A stretch of DNA of 64,000 nt, taken from assembly GCA_964036045.1 (NCBI GenBank), contig OZ038378.1:84196001-84260000 (forward strand). The letters are read 5' to 3'. The notes beneath the pieces were generated by a model. That model was not told the DNA's origin. It saw only the letters and a list, made by a program, of their open reading frames with translations, and ran no database searches. The position numbers and the translations under genes are program-made. The stretch comes from Eutreptiella sp. 'Long Island Sound 2002'. Its lineage: Eukaryota > Protista > Euglenida. Below are positions 1-13,400 of this stretch, in pieces (the first letter of the stretch is position 1; every line of letters starts with the position of its first letter).

Positions 1-2299
1 GGAGACGGTGATAATTTCATTTTCCGTTTGTTGGAACACCCGTGGGCAAGTCCAGTCTTGTCAGACTTGCCCCGGTGAGAGCCCAGTCTTGTCAGGCTCC
101 ACCAACCGGGTATATATGTGGGTCTTAAAACCCATGTATATATGAGGCAGACCAGCCCCTGGCACACGCAGCCGCACTTGTACAGTACAGTGCACGGTGC
201 CTGGGTAAAGCACGAACTGACACAGCAACGTTGATTTGATGCTGAGTTGTGCTGTGTGCATGCCTGTCCTGTTGTTTGGTTTTTGAAAGCATGGAGGTTT
301 TCGGGAAACTGAAAACTTTTTCAGGTTTTCGAAACAAACGGGGCAGGCCACCCAAGGCCTTTTTCTTTTTATTTTCCTAGAGTGGCAAAGCAGGTTTTTG
401 CCTGAGGGTAGTATTGGTGCTCCCCACCGGACACCTAGGAAAAGGCTACCTCTGGGGTTTGTTTTTCCTCTTGGAGGATAAACAAACCTTTAAGAAGGGG
501 GGTGAAGCGGTAGCGGCAGGGTCTCCCGACCGCTACCCGCTGTGGCTCGCACGTGCGCTGAACAGCGCATTTTATGACGTAAAATGGGATTACGAAAGCG
601 ACAGAGCAATAGCTAGAATTGCCGATTTTTATATTAAAATAGCAGTTTTTATAAAAAATTTATGCTGTTGTGCCCCATTTTGTAAATATACGTGAGATTT
701 CACTGTTTTTCCGTGTTTTCACAGGCATCATGTAGATTCGAAAGGCCTCTGGCTAACGCCTTAGAACAGTTTAAGCAACTTAAACCGACTCACGAAATGT
801 TCGATTCTTGCAGAAATTGCTGTGCTTTGCAGGAGGGTCACGAAAACGCTTCAGTATCGCCAGGGCTGATTGCTGGGTGGTCGTGCAGCCGGATTTCCGC
901 TCTGGCGATCGTGCTTGCCCAGGACCGGAGTGCCGTCACATGTTCCTTGAGCGACGCCAGGCCTCCGCGCTGGTGCACCACCAGGTGTCCTGTGTCCTCC
1001 GGCTGGTCCTTCAGCGCGTGCACTGACATGTGTGGGGCGTGCGGCACCTCCGTAGCTACCAGCAGGGCGGTGCCACGGGGGACTCCACAGGGCCTGGGCT
1101 GGCCTGCCCCCACCTGCACAATTCCCGACTCGGCCTGGAGCTGCGCTTGCCCCGCCGCTCGGGTGCATTGGTCGTCTGTGGGGGCGCAGGGGCTCGGGCC
1201 AAGCCACATCCGCGTCAGGCTCTCGTTGCTCGCCTTCCGCGAGTACGTCGTGGAGGATGTACATGAGGGCCGCCGGCGGCTGGTACGCCGCCCCTCGCGT
1301 GGGGGGGGATAGGCCGCCCCGGCGGCAGTAGCCCCCGACGTGGAGCTGCAGGCCGTCTGGGGTCACCCGTGGGCCGGTGTGGGCGTCCTGCTTAGCCCTC
1401 GTGGGGTGGACGAGTCTCAGGCAGGGGTCCCGTGTGCCGGTGGTGTGGAAGAGGTGGACCAAGGCGCCACCCGGGGTGGTTGGTGGGCTCCTGCTCGCAG
1501 CGGCAATAGTGAAGGTGTTCATCGGCGCATTGGTTGAGGCATTTCTGCACCGCTGTCGGCCACGGGTCTTCGTTGTCGTGGAAGGGGTGATGTGGCCCGT
1601 GGTGCCCATGCCAGGGCGTCGTGTGCGGCACCGTCAGGCGGCACGTGTCGCCATGTCGCAGCTTGACAGTGCGCAGCGTGACGATGTTGCCCGGTGGGGA
1701 CTGTAGTTGGACGTGGGCCGCCCTGGGGCACGCGATGGGGTTGTAGAGCCCCACTCCCAGGGTGGCCAGGGCCCGGGGTATGCGGTGGACCCAGTCACCT
1801 CCCCCTAGAGTTGCGAACTCCGAGACGCGGTGGTGCACCTGGGGGCATATTCCGTGCGCGCCGGCTCTTTCCCAGAACATCTTGGTGACCTTGGCGTGCA
1901 CTGGGTTTAAGCGGTGGAGGAGGAGTGTACCAACGAGGGCCACCGCTGCCTGCTGGCACCGCGTTGGTACCCATGTGAGGCCCACAGTCCGCTCATCCTG
2001 CAGGCTGTCCCGCAAGGCGTCGAAGGCGTACGGCGCCCTGTCCTTCACGACCTGGACCGTGATGTGGTCCAGGTGGCGCGCGGTATCGGAGTCGTCGGCG
2101 ATGAAAGGGGCGACGTACTGTGTGACCCCCCCGAGGATCGCCAGGATGACGTCCTGCACCACTTTCGGTGGCGCGAGGGTGTTGAGGCACCAGTGGTGCA
2201 CTGCCGCCAGGCACAGCTGGTGCTTGTGCTGCAGCTGTCCCCGTCCAGCTGCAGCTGGAGTCCCAGGTAGGGGACGGAGTCCGCCGCTGGTACCCAGTG

Positions 2300-3150
2300 C
2301 CATGGGTTTTCCAGGTGGGGACAGAGGCGCAGCTGCAGGCCCAGGACCCCCTCCGTGGTGGCCATGGCGCACTTGCGGGGCCGGAGCTCCATGCCCATCA
2401 TCCCCAGGTACGCGGCCACCGCCTCCACGCCCTCGAGGAAATGCTGCAGCGTGTGCGCCACTACCAGCAGGTCTTCGATGTAGGCCTGGATGAGGCCCTG
2501 CTCGGCCCCCCCCGGCGGGCGCAGGCCGTGCCCCTGCGCCCTGAGCAGGGGCTCCAGGAGGAGGGCGTACAGCAGGGGGCTCTCGGCTTGCCCTGCCGGA
2601 CGCCGCGCAGCATGTGGACGGGCTGCGTTCGCCCGTGTGCGGTGAAGATGCGCAGCCTGGCGCACGTGTGGAGGAAGAGCAGAAGGTCGATGACCTCCAG
2701 CGGCACGGAGAGGTGGCGCAGGATGAAGTGGAGGGCGCTGTGCGGGGCGCCGTCGAAGGCCTTGCGGGCGTCGAAGGAGAAAACGTAGTTGGGCCTTTCC
2801 CGTTGGAGCTGCCCCTGCCCCATGAACAGTGGGGGGCCTGTGTTGGAGCCAGGGAGGGCCCCTTGCTGCCAGTCGCTGACCACTCCGTGCCGGTTGAGCA
2901 CTTCCGTGATGTGCTGGGTGAAGGGGCCCGTGAGCAGCTTCATGTCCAGCTGGCCGAGGGCTATGGGCCTGTAGTCGTCCAGTCTGGCGGAGCCCGGTAC
3001 CTTGGGGCTGAGCCAGATGTGCGCGTCCCTCCAGTGCATCGGTGGCGGGGCACCGCGGAGGATGGCCCGGTAGGAGTGGACCAGGAGCCACTGGACGGAT
3101 GTCGGGAGGGCCTTGATGAAACGGGCCTGGGGCCTTGCCATCAACATTGT
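2300..3150 (-). pseudogene. Reverse-transcriptase domain of the LINE fragment (frameshifted, YxDD changed to YIED)
   Basis: RT motifs are split over two frames. The catalytic motif reads AYIEDLL at about 2468-2486. Confidence 0.85.
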
Positions 3151-3999
3151 CCAGGGGGGACTGCAGGTCCTGCATGGAGTACTGCGGGACCTGTGTCCAC
3201 GCCCCGTCAGGGACCCGGGGGACATGGCGGCCGAGGACCGCCTGGAAGCCTGGGAGGTCCACCGGGCGTTTGTCATACAGTTCGGGCCAGAAGGCGCGAA
3301 CTGCGAACATCACGTTGTGGGCTTCCATGAGGAGCGTTTGGGTGTTCGGGACCAGCACGTTCCAGAGACCTGACGGGCCCGGGGCCTGTACCTCTATGGC
3401 TCCCAGCACGGCTTTCCACCGCTGGGCGATGTCGGGGGCGTGGCGGCGCCAGAAGTCCTTGATGGCGCGCTTGCGGTCTGCCGCCAGGAGTGCGCGGAGT
3501 TGGCGGATGTCCTCTTCGAGGGCGGCTGCTTGCCTCTCCAGCCCCTCCTGTAGTTGGCCCTGTGTGGTCGGGCGGAACCCGGGAGAGGCATCCCCCAGCT
3601 CCTCCGCGAGCCGGAGCGCCGCCTCGGACAAGATGCCATGCCGTGCCGCATCTGCCTGGTACGCCGCCGGCGCGTACGCTGCCAGGTTGTCATAGCGGAG
3701 GACCGCCGCCTGGAGCCGCTTTCCGCTCTCCGGGGGGTCCCCCTCCGCCGGGTCCGTCCCCGCCGGGGACGGCTGCCGCTGTCCCACCACACGCGCTAGG
3801 GCGTCATGCGCCGCGTGGAGGTGTTCGAACACCTTGTTCACCGCGGCCGAGGGCATGGACCTGTAGGCGTGCTGCTCTGCGGGACCCAGCCAGGGCGCCA
3901 GGGAGGGCTCATCCTGCGCAGCGGTGACCGCCGCCCACAGGCAGTGTTTGACGGGCGCGGCCTTAGCGTCATACGATAGGAGGCGGACCTCCGTGTGGC

Positions 4000-4720
4000 T
4001 GTAGGGGGTGGGCATCGCCGCGCGCCCCACTGCGTTGAGGAGGCCCGGCAAGGCCAGGCGGACCAAGAGCAGGTCCGAGCTGATCACCTGGGGGTGTGCC
4101 ATGCCGCGAGCCCAGACGCTTTCCCGCAGGGACCGCGGCAGGAGGGGTTCGTTGACCAGGAAAGTGTCCACTCTGTGCCAGGACGGGTGGAGCGTGGGGG
4201 TCATGTCCTGGTCGCCGCCTGCCGTGGCCCTCCGGAAACCGCAGGCCTCCAAGCCCGTGCAGAAGTGCTCTGTGGCTGGGTTGGAGGTGGCATCCATGTA
4301 GACGTTGGTGTCACCCGCGATGACCAACGGGTGTCTCCCACCGAGGCTGCGTGCCGTGGCATACATTTGTATGTCGGCCCAGAACGCCGCCCGTCCCGCC
4401 CACGGGGAGCAGCCTGCTTGCGGCCCGTGAACGTTGATGAGGGTGAGGCCCCCCCCGTCCGCGCGGATCTCTAGGGCCGCGGCCTTCCCGGGGACGATTT
4501 CTGTGAAACTGAGCACCTCGTGCTCCGCCACGCACTTGCTGCTGACCGCGGTGAGGAGGCCCCCCCCTCTCGAGGTGGAAGTGGCTCCCATCTCTGCCAG
4601 CCGGCTGCTCAAGAAGGGGGTGTACCCCTTGTCCCGGAGCGCCGCGGCCACGTGCCTCTCCTGCGCCTGGGTGGCCATCCCTGTTTCCTGAAGCATGATG
4701 GCAAAGCCCCCCTCCTGGGG
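4000..4720 (-). pseudogene. AP-endonuclease domain of the LINE fragment (inactive-looking)
   Basis: LQET, GDTN and RVD motifs are present. The terminal SDH catalytic motif reads SDL (plus strand caggtccgagc near 4070). Confidence 0.82.
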
Positions 4721-7700
4721 TAGCATTCCCGTGATGAGGTGCTCCTTGTCAGTACAGGCCGCTGGCGCCCCATTCCACAGTCCCCATGCCCTCGGCGTGG
4801 AGTAGCGCCTGGCCCTTTGACCAGGGGGAAATAGGGGCTCGGGCGCCCGCCGTCTTCCCTCCACCGTACCCAGGCCGCCCCCGCCTGCAGGCTGCGGAGC
4901 AGGGCCACGCCGGGGAGGAGCGGCTGCGGGAATACCCCCTTGACGGCTTGAGTGGCATGGGCCAGGGTGCCCATGGGCAAATACCACAACGGGAGGACCC
5001 AGGGGCCCGGCAGCGGTTGCGCCTCCCCTGCGTCCCGGCGCCACTCGGAGTCTGGCGGGGCGGCCGGGACCGTGCCCGTCTGTAGGAAGTGGCGTGCCCT
5101 CTTGTCCGGGTGCTGTTCGAGGGTTGCCGCGAGGCTGAGCCCCTCTCCCGCGGGTGCCACTGGGAGGCCGCCCCGGGGCCTGCGCCAGGGGTAATCCTGG
5201 CCGGCCGGCCAGGTGTGGAGGTCCCGGGCGATTTCTTCTGGGGTTCCTGTGGGGGCATCCTCCGGTGCCAGGTGCCATATGACGGCGAGCACCGCACACG
5301 TGGAGAAAGGCCTACTCCAAAAATTTTTACTTATATTTTTGTTCGTCAATGACCCAAAGATATGTACATACCAATATCGCCGATATATGCACTTTTTCCC
5401 ATAAATAGTGTGCTTCAAGGATTCGGGTGTTAAGAATTTTTCCATTATGCTTTGAACGCCAACTCTTGTTGCAAAGGGGAGGCAAAGCTTTGGTATGCAT
5501 CCATGCAAAAGCCCGAGGCTCATATCTCTTGTGATACGGAGATACGATTTTTCGAGTGACTACTTTTGGGTGAATTTTGGCTGTTTTGCCCAGAATGGCC
5601 ACAAACCCCATCTCCCCCTTAATGTTCAGCCCGAGGTTTCGTGCGCCACTTGAGCAAGGGTAAGGGCGATTCGAACCCGCATTGAATGGGGTGTTTCCCC
5701 ATGTGGCATCTCCTCTTGAAGGGAGAGTCCTGGGTCACCCAAATTTCGGGTATGTTGCCATTCTGCCCCATTTGTGTGTCATTTTCCCTCCCAATGGTAA
5801 AAATGGCTAGAGGCAACCATGAGAGCTGGCAAGTGGCATAATTTGGGACCTGAGTCCCATGTGTCTAAAGCATCTTTAATTGGAAGGATCCTCGTCGTGG
5901 CCATGGAGATATGGAACCACGAGTGCGGGCCATTTAGGCCAAATTTCGCTGTTTTTGCCATTGTATGACATATTGGAACTACCATATCTCCATGGGGCAA
6001 GAGACCTAGCCATGGGGGAGCCGTAATTTTTGTAGCAGATGACCAAGGGTTGAACACCATAAAGTGTCATATTTGCTCCTTTGGCTCATTCGGAGTTATG
6101 GAACTTTTGGTGCGATCCATGGTCCCCCCCTTTGCACCGCATGCTGCTTTCTGCCCCATCTTTGTGGTCATCCCCTCGGTGAACAGTAAGCAGCCAGTGT
6201 GACTGCAAGCCAAATCTCAAGGCATGGGACCAAAGGGGATATCACGGGTCGTGAGTCAAGGCTTGACGCGACGATATCGCCAAGGTTTTCTACCCTGGCC
6301 GGTCGCCCGAGACGGCCGATTTTGCCATTTTGGCATTTGTGGACGCAGTATGGATCATCACCACGCCGAGGGCTATGGAGATCCTTGAGTGCCAAGTACA
6401 TGTGAGTTTCCGTTTGACTCCCAGTAAATCGCATATGTAATGGCTGATCCGATCTCCAAGCCGGCGTTGAGATATACCATTGGGAATACCCCCAATTTTG
6501 GCTCGTTTTTAAGCACCCAAAATGACCCCCTTTTGGGACCGCAATTTCAACCCCCCGTGTGGTCAGTTGGCGGCCCCATATTCCTAGTGCCCATGGAAAG
6601 CCTGGACCTAATTTCAGGTTTTGCACTTAGATAAAGGTCCTACGTCCCGCCTCCTATCCTGTGTGCCATTGGCCTTGCCCTGGCCGAGCGAGCCGCTCGT
6701 GAGGATGACTCCAATTTTGGTGATTTTGGCATCATGACCCCACGTGGCGAATCCGTGGCGCCCTGATGCCGGGATCTCAGAGGGAGCCAGGTTGGGTGAA
6801 GGGTCCATGGAGTTCCTACTTGATGGGCATAGAGTCAGTTGCTTCGTGCCTACCTCTGGATGGTTCAGACGAGGGATCAATTGTGGAGTTTTTCAAGCCA
6901 ATATCAGTTTGGGCTGAAACCGCCCATTTCTTTTAAACTACCAACACCCAGGAGATAATGGCGGGTCCTTCTCTCTGGCTCAGAGGGGAGTTTGGACCTG
7001 CTGTTAGGGGAGCATGCAGAGCTACTGTTGGCTGGCCTTGGAGCCTCTTGGTTTCCAGGAACTCGCCTGTGGCTGGGCGGGACGGCCTACCCTATGGGCA
7101 GGGTTTCAGGTTCCGGACTGAGCAGGCCATGGGTTGTGTTTGAGCCCCCGCCCCTGCCAGCCACTGAGAGTGTCGGACCTGGGATTGGGATATGAGTTGG
7201 GACTGAGTGTCTATTGTCAACCTATGCCCTTACCCGAGTCCAGTCTTCACTTCATGTGTACATATCTTGATGTGTGCTGTACATACTTTGTTCCCTTGTT
7301 TCAGAGTGGCAAGGATCCTGAAACGCTTTGTCACATAACATGAGCATGAGGATGCCCCTGTGAGCGCAGTGCTTTGCCTGCCTGCTTGCTTGTGTGTGTC
7401 CGTCGCAGCGTCCCATTGCCAGGCCCCCCCACGGGAACGCGCCCTCGCCCTCGCACCCTCTTGGCATGCACAACTCCATCGCTCGCTGCACTGACTTCCT
7501 TCGGCTTTGTCGGTCCCTTCTCCTCACGTGTTTGCAGCGTATGAACATCACCGTTGGCGGCAACGCCCCCCCCCCCCCCGGTCGGTGCCTCCCTCGCTCC
7601 CTATGGGAGTCCCGGGGCATCTCGCGTGTGCGGTGATGTGCATCCCCTCGCATACCCCTCCTTGCCCCCGGTGCCTCGGGCTTGGCGCTCCCTCACGTCG

Positions 7701-8696
7701 CTCAGTGTCCCCCTTGTGCCTGTGCAAGTGTACTGTGCGGTTCTGGCTGGGTTGTGTCGGCTCCTTGGGGCCTTAGGGCTTTAGGTTACGTTGGGCCGGT
7801 ACTGTTCTGGTCTGCGGCCATGCGGGGGCCGGGGGCCCCCATACCCCTGGCCTACCTGGCCCTCTGTACTCTGCACAAGTGGCTAACGTTCCTGAAGGTT
7901 ACTTTTGCGGACGGCCGTCCGATGTAGCTTTCCTTAGCACCGCCGGCGGGTGCCAAGCAGTAAATGCGCGCGTGGCTCTTTGGGCTCCGGTTACCCCCCT
8001 TGGGGGTGCTCCGTCCGGCCTCATCCGGACAAGGGGGGCCAGCAGCATGGCTCGTGGCGCGATGCACTGGTCCGCCGCGGCGTTGTTCCGGTTTTACCCG
8101 CTTGGTGGGCCTCACGTCCCCGCGCCTTGGAGCATTTTGGTGTGGCGCGCTGCGCCTCGTCGTGGCATTGATATTCCGGACTCGCAGAGGGGTGCCCCAC
8201 CCGAGGGGCACGGTGACGGGGACTGCGCCGTCGACCGTGGATCCCCTCGTATCCTCCTGTTCTTGGCCATGTTGCGGCGGGCAGGCAGGCCCAGGGTGCA
8301 CGGCGTGGCGTGTGCAATCTTGCATAGCTTTCTTGGCGTTCCTGGGCTGCAGGTTGTTCGATCAGCTTACTGGCCTGGTGCGCTGGATGCGTCGTGGGCC
8401 CCCTCGGGACCGCCCGGCATACATAATGGGGGTTCGGCGAGAGCCGGTGTCTCACGGGTAAGCACCATAGCTGAATAGCAGAGGTGCGAACGTATAGTTG
8501 GTGGGGTTGTGCGGGAGTGGTCTTAATGGTGCCCCTCCGGTGTTCTGCTCTGGTAGCCGGGCGGGGTTGCAGCAATGTCTGTCGGTCCCTCTAGTCGCAT
8601 GGTGACCGCTGGGGTACGGCCGCGGTCTCGGTGATCCGCGCGTCCCGGGGGTCTGGGCCGTGGGATGTCGCCTGCTAGGGCATCGGGAAATTCAGG

Positions 8697-9296
8697 TTTG
8701 AGGTTTGAGGTTTGAGGTTTGATTTTGCGGGTACTAGACGCCTTTCGGCCCCGGGGGGCCACCTGGTCGGGCCAGGTGATATCCTCCCCAACGGGTCCTA
8801 GTGGGGGGCCCTCCAAGACGCACCTCCTGCCTGGTGGCGGATTCCCCCGGGTTCACAGGGCTCGGAGCCCCGTCCCTCCCCGACTTCCCCGTTTCGCCAC
8901 TCCCCGGTCAGTGCATCAATTCGCAGCCGTGGCTGCGGGCGCTTACCCACCGTGTCACCCCTCTAATGCGTGGTCGCCCGGGGCGCTGGCGCCGCCGGGC
9001 CTGTGCTACTGGCTTGTCGCCAGTGGGACCCCCTTGGGCTGGCATGGAGGCTGCCTAGCCTAGGGGTTGGGGCGTGGCGCAGTGCGCCACTACTGCTTTG
9101 GCGGGTGCAGTGCCCCGTCCGTGTGTGCGCGGCGCTCGCGGCCGGTTCGTGGGGTTCGGGCCGGTACCTGGTGTTGTGTCTCTCCTGTTTCCCCCTTCCC
9201 GACCCGCGTGTCCCGCGCTGCGTGTGGCGGGCTGTCCAGTCCGGGTCTCCCTTACCCTCGCTCGCTGGTACGCCATTCCACGCGGTCTGTGCGTTC
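8697..9296 (-). mobile_element. 600-bp retroposed insertion (5'-truncated LINE or SINE) with a (TCAAACC)n tail and a 13-bp TSD
   Basis: Identical cgggaaattcagg at 8684-8696 and 9297-9309. Plus-strand tttgaggtttgaggtttgaggtttga from 8697 is a minus-strand 3' microsatellite tail. Confidence 0.88.
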
Positions 9297-9309
9297 CGGG
9301 AAATTCAGG

Positions 9310-10400
9310 GCGTCAGGGTTACCCGGATCTCTCGTGAGGGCGGTGCAGAAGGCTGCGCAGATGTCGCTCACGAGGGCTGTGTGTGCTGCTCACGCTTCTT
9401 CCTCCGTATGGATGGCGGGTCACACCTGCCCTGCCGCCAACGTCTGGTTCTGGTGGATCCCAAAGATGGGGCATAAGTTGTCCAAGGCAGGCCGCCCGGT
9501 CGTCCGTTCATGGGCTGGGATGGTCTCTGTCTGTTGCGGGCCATCCAGGTGGAACCAACATGCCGCTGGCCAGTCCCTGGTGTCTGGTCGCCTCTGTTGG
9601 GCCCGCCGCCACCGGCAGTAGAGGGCTTGTCCTCGGTGCCATGTGCCAGCAGCGCCAGAAACGGTGGCCTTCAGGAGGTCTGCAGGTTGGCCCGGGAGCA
9701 GGGGAGTGGGGTCATCCGGCAGGCCCATGTCCCTGCGGAGCATGGAGTCTGTGGCCTCCAAGTCCCAGTGATTGTCCAGCGGTCGTGGCGTGATACTCAC
9801 TTGGTAGTAGTGGCCGCATTCCAACACCAGCATGGCGACTGTGCTGGGGGCATCTCGCGGCAGAGGCTCCGCGTGTGCCCCCGGCCCTGCCGTTTGCGCG
9901 TAGCGCTCCGTCATCGTCCGGAGGTTTTGCCCACTCTCCGTGGATGTCCTGGTTTTCCAGTACGCAAGGCCTCCGTATGGCGGAATGTTGAGCACGTGGG
10001 CGTTCAGCTGCGGTGCGGCTTGTGTCCGGCCTCCGGGGTTGGGTGCAGGTCGCGGCTTGCTCGGCAGGGCGATGAGCGTGTGTGCCCAAGCAAGGTGGGG
10101 GACCCATACCCGCGCCTGGTCTGGCTGGTTGCAGTTGAACCACCAGATCCACACGTTGACGAGGTCGTCCGGGGTCTGTTGTCCTAGGCCAACGAGCGCC
10201 TGGAGGTGCTGCACAGGGATATTGGTAGCCCCCTGTGGCAGGAGGGCCGCCGCGAATCGCTCGTTGCCGCGGACGCACTGGAAATGTACCCGGAGGGCGT
10301 CTACCACGTTGTGTGAGGGCGTTCGGCGGTAGATGTGGCACACCCTTCGCAGTTCCTCCAGGTGGAGGTGGTCCCCCGCGTGCGGTGGTCTGGGAGGTGG
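9310..10400 (-). pseudogene. Ulp1/SENP (peptidase C48)-like domain within the long LINE, in ORF 9420..11159
   Basis: HLQALVGLGQQTPDDLVNVWIWWF (WLND-VI-like helix), ECGHYYQVSI (His strand), LEATDSM (Asp), GPQQTET (oxyanion Gln), DNLCPIFGI (Cys). The order is H-D-Q-C as in C48 proteases, but divergent; called by eye only. Confidence 0.55.
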
Positions 10401-13400
10401 GGGGGGCATGATTTCCCTGTCCCGGGCCGCAAGGGTGTTTGGCGAGGGACTGTCCCCTGACGCGTCGTCGTTGAGCTCTGTGTGCATGTTGGTCGTATCG
10501 GGCCCGTCCTGCGAGGGCGCCAGTCTAAGGTACGAGGCAGCGGGGGGAGTGGTCCGGGAAGTCCCCGACCCCCGGCTTTCCGTCATGGTCTCATCAGTGG
10601 TGGACTCCGCGTCGCTGAGGTCATTGTGTGCCTGCGGCGTAGCCTGGGTGGGGGGTGCGACGCGTGCTGTGTCGGAGTCACCGGGCAGGGCTTGTTGGAC
10701 CACCGTCCGTGGTGTCGCAGCCACGTTGACTTCTGTGGTCCCTGCCTCGTAGTCCCGGGGCCCCCTTGCCGGGTACTCTTGTGTGTGTGGTGGTGCGGGC
10801 GGGCGCTCCAGCGGCTGTTGTGGAGCTGCTGGGGGGTTCCTGTCACGCGAGAGTTGCAACGACGGTGCTGATATCGGTGTCGCTGTACGCGGGGCGCGAT
10901 GGATGGTGTGGTCCCAGTTTGGTGGCGTTTGTCCTCGCATGGGAGGAAGCGGTGCAGGAGCCGGACGCCATGGCTTTCGTGCTCCCGGTGCGCGCGCTGA
11001 GAGCTGCCAAACGTACACGTTGTGTGGCTGGGAGTATGGTGAAGATTGGGGTGCGGTCTGTTCAGGGCCTCCTTGTCCGTCGCTGGGGTTCGGCCGTGGG
11101 TGATATTTGCCGGCGGTGTCGCCCGCTTGGTTTGGTCGGGTTGCTGTCGTCAGCGGCATGGACGGTCACCTGTTGCGCTGCTGAGGGCACCGTGGGCTCT
11201 GGTGTCGGGCGTTCGCCGACCTCTTGGTCCCTTGCGGCGGCTGCGGTGTCCGAGAGGAGTGTTGCCCGGTCGCTCCAGCCAGGGCGCGTTGGTCGTCGTG
11301 GTCCGGCCGGGGGTGGGCGAGCGGCCGGGCTCAGGTCCTTTGCAGATCGCACGGGGGTGTCATTTCTGTGGGTCGTCTGTGCCGGCTCTGCGAGCGGCCG
11401 GTGCGTGACACATGCCTCAGGGGCCCGTGGGCCGTCAGGGACCGTTGGCGCTGGTGGCCCGTCGCTCTGTCTGGTGTTATTGGGCCTCGGGGAACTGGGA
11501 TTCAGATAGTCCAGACGTTATGCCGAATAAGGGCCTCTCGGATACGGAGGGCTGCTCTGTGATGCCACCCCCAATGCAACCGGTTTAGATCATCTTGGGT
11601 GGAGGCCCTCATGTGGGCCATGAGGCGGGTGGCCACATACCGCCACTGGCCGGGATGTTCCATGGTGGGGAGCGGGGAGTGGCGTCCTTCACGGAGGTTA
11701 AACATGACGTCCGCCATGGTGCGTGCGCCGGTCCTGATGTGCTGTATGTCCATGGGGATCCACGGGGGGCGGATCTGGATGGTGAGCTGCTCCACGTCGG
11801 AGATCCGGGGGATCCACAGGTCCAGGTCAAGGGCCGCTGCGCGCCCCGCCTCCGCGGTGGGGCGCTGGGCGTCCCGTTTGGATTGTGCATAGTCCAGGCT
11901 CTCCTGCCCCCATGGTCGGGTCAGTCGGGGGGGTACTCCCTCCACCGGTCTACTGACGGTGCCGGTCTCTGCTGGCGCCCGGACCCCATGGACCGGCGCG
12001 TCCTGTGGTGCTGGGCGCTGACTGACCACCCCTTCGAGCTGCCCTCTTGCTTCACCGTCCCCCATGGTGGTCGTGTGGGTTTCTGCCGTCGCTCCCAAGG
12101 CGGCATAGTTGCGGCGAAGATGCGCCTGATGGGACGTGGAGGCAGGATCCCGCGCAGGGCTGGTGGGCTCGTCCGCTTGCAGTCCTTGGTCCGCCGTTGG
12201 TGCGGCGGCGTTGAAGATGGACGCCAGGATTTCCTCCGTCTCCGAGGCCCCAGGCGGTGGATTCTCGTGTGTCCCCGCTCGTGCCTGGCTGATGGCCGCA
12301 CCGGGGTGTACACGTTCTCCCGCGGCCGCGTAATGTGGCAGCCGGGCGCCGTCAGTTGATCCCATGGCCCGCTCCTCGTGCAATACGGCCGGGGGGGCGT
12401 TGGTGGTGCACGTTGTCCCCTGTCCCCCTGCATCTGTGTGTCCGGTGCCCCTTGGTGCCCGGACGGCGCACGTCTCCGTCTGTGGCTGCTGGCTTGCCTG
12501 CAGGCAGGGTGCTTCCTCCGCTGTGTCCGCCGTTTCCGGGGAGGCCGCGGGCGGTGCCTGGGTGTCGGGGCTTGGGTCCGCCGCGGCGCCGTTGCGGGCG
12601 TCTGCATCCATGGTTGCGAACGGTGGTGGCTGGGCGGTGCCAGCGGGCTCCCCTGCGTGTGTTCCGGAGGTTGGTTGCTGAGGGTCCCCGGGCCTCCCCG
12701 CATCCGTGTCGTGTCGACCAATACTGACCAGGACGGTCCCCGGCGGTCCCATCCCCAAACTCCTCGAGTCCAGCTTCTCATCCGCCGCGTAGTGTATCAG
12801 ATCTCTGTCCATTCTATCCATTTCAGACAAGAACAGGGGGGCGATGAGTTTGGCGCGCCGCGCTTCCAGTCTTCTGCGGCTGTCGCCTTCTGCCGTCTCC
12901 TGTGGTCCGGCCTCAGTGTTCCCGGTGGGGTCGTCCTGTTGGGCACGGCGGTGGTGTGGGTAGCGCACCTGTGTCGTCCGGAGCCTTGGCCCCCGGGTGG
13001 GCCCCCTGGCCATGTGGCCCCGTTGGCGTGTTGTCTGTTGTGCTAGAGACTGCTGCCTGCGTCCCGTCTGTAGTCGGCGCGGCAGTTGGTTGGGCCCTGG
13101 CCGCCGGGCGGTGTGCCCCCCGCAGAGTCCGAGCCAGTGTTGGCGCTTGCGGCTGTGGTGTTACGGGGTGGGGCCCGTAGTGATGAGCCCTTGTTGGTGC
13201 ATCGGCGCGCGGAGCACGCGCCTGCGCCAGGGCTGGGACTTGGCTTGTCGCTGGGTGATTGATGGGCGTTTCAGGTGTTGTTGGTTGTGCCGGGGAGTCT
13301 TGGACGGAGTCAGTCGCTGGGTTTATCCGCGGCGGGGTCAGGGGGTGATGCTGTTTGCGGGTTTGTACCGGGCTGTGTACGGTTCGTTGTCTTGTGGGGC

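Larger units (their letters stand above)
846..5305 (-). mobile_element. Decayed non-LTR retrotransposon (LINE, APE-RT type), internal fragment truncated at both ends
   Basis: GC-rich block with sharp compositional edges. ORF 2045..5299 has APE motifs (MLQETG, LINVHGP, IAGDTNV, RVDTFLV, SSDLLLV). ORF 2461..3276 has RT motifs (YRPIAL, QQGALPG, FDARKAFD, GVRQG). The frame returns to 2045..5299 (SPLLYALLLEPL, YIED, VPYLGL) and then 1392..2372. No TSD or tail seen; both boundaries are approximate. Confidence 0.88.

Noticed and set aside
7203-7215. CTGAGTGTCTATT matches the core of the euglenid spliced leader as I recall it
   Set aside because: Only 13 nt. The flanking SL bases (5' ACTTT, 3' T-tract + CG) are absent and no coding sequence follows, so it cannot be separated from chance.
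5310-7330. Moderately AT-rich interval between the two LINEs as a gene or a MITE
   Set aside because: Only short, unrecognisable ORFs. The best inverted match (TTCAGCCC near 5625 and 6912) is 8 bp with no TSD.
8021-8575. Possible SET or RLE domain at the far 3' end of the long LINE (YTFAPLLFSYGAYP*DTGSRRTPIMYAG)
   Set aside because: It looks coding-like, but no diagnostic motif set could be completed by eye.
8697-8722. TTTGAGG repeats as an interstitial telomere
   Set aside because: Only about 3.5 units, at the end of a TSD-bounded insertion; better explained as a retroelement tail.
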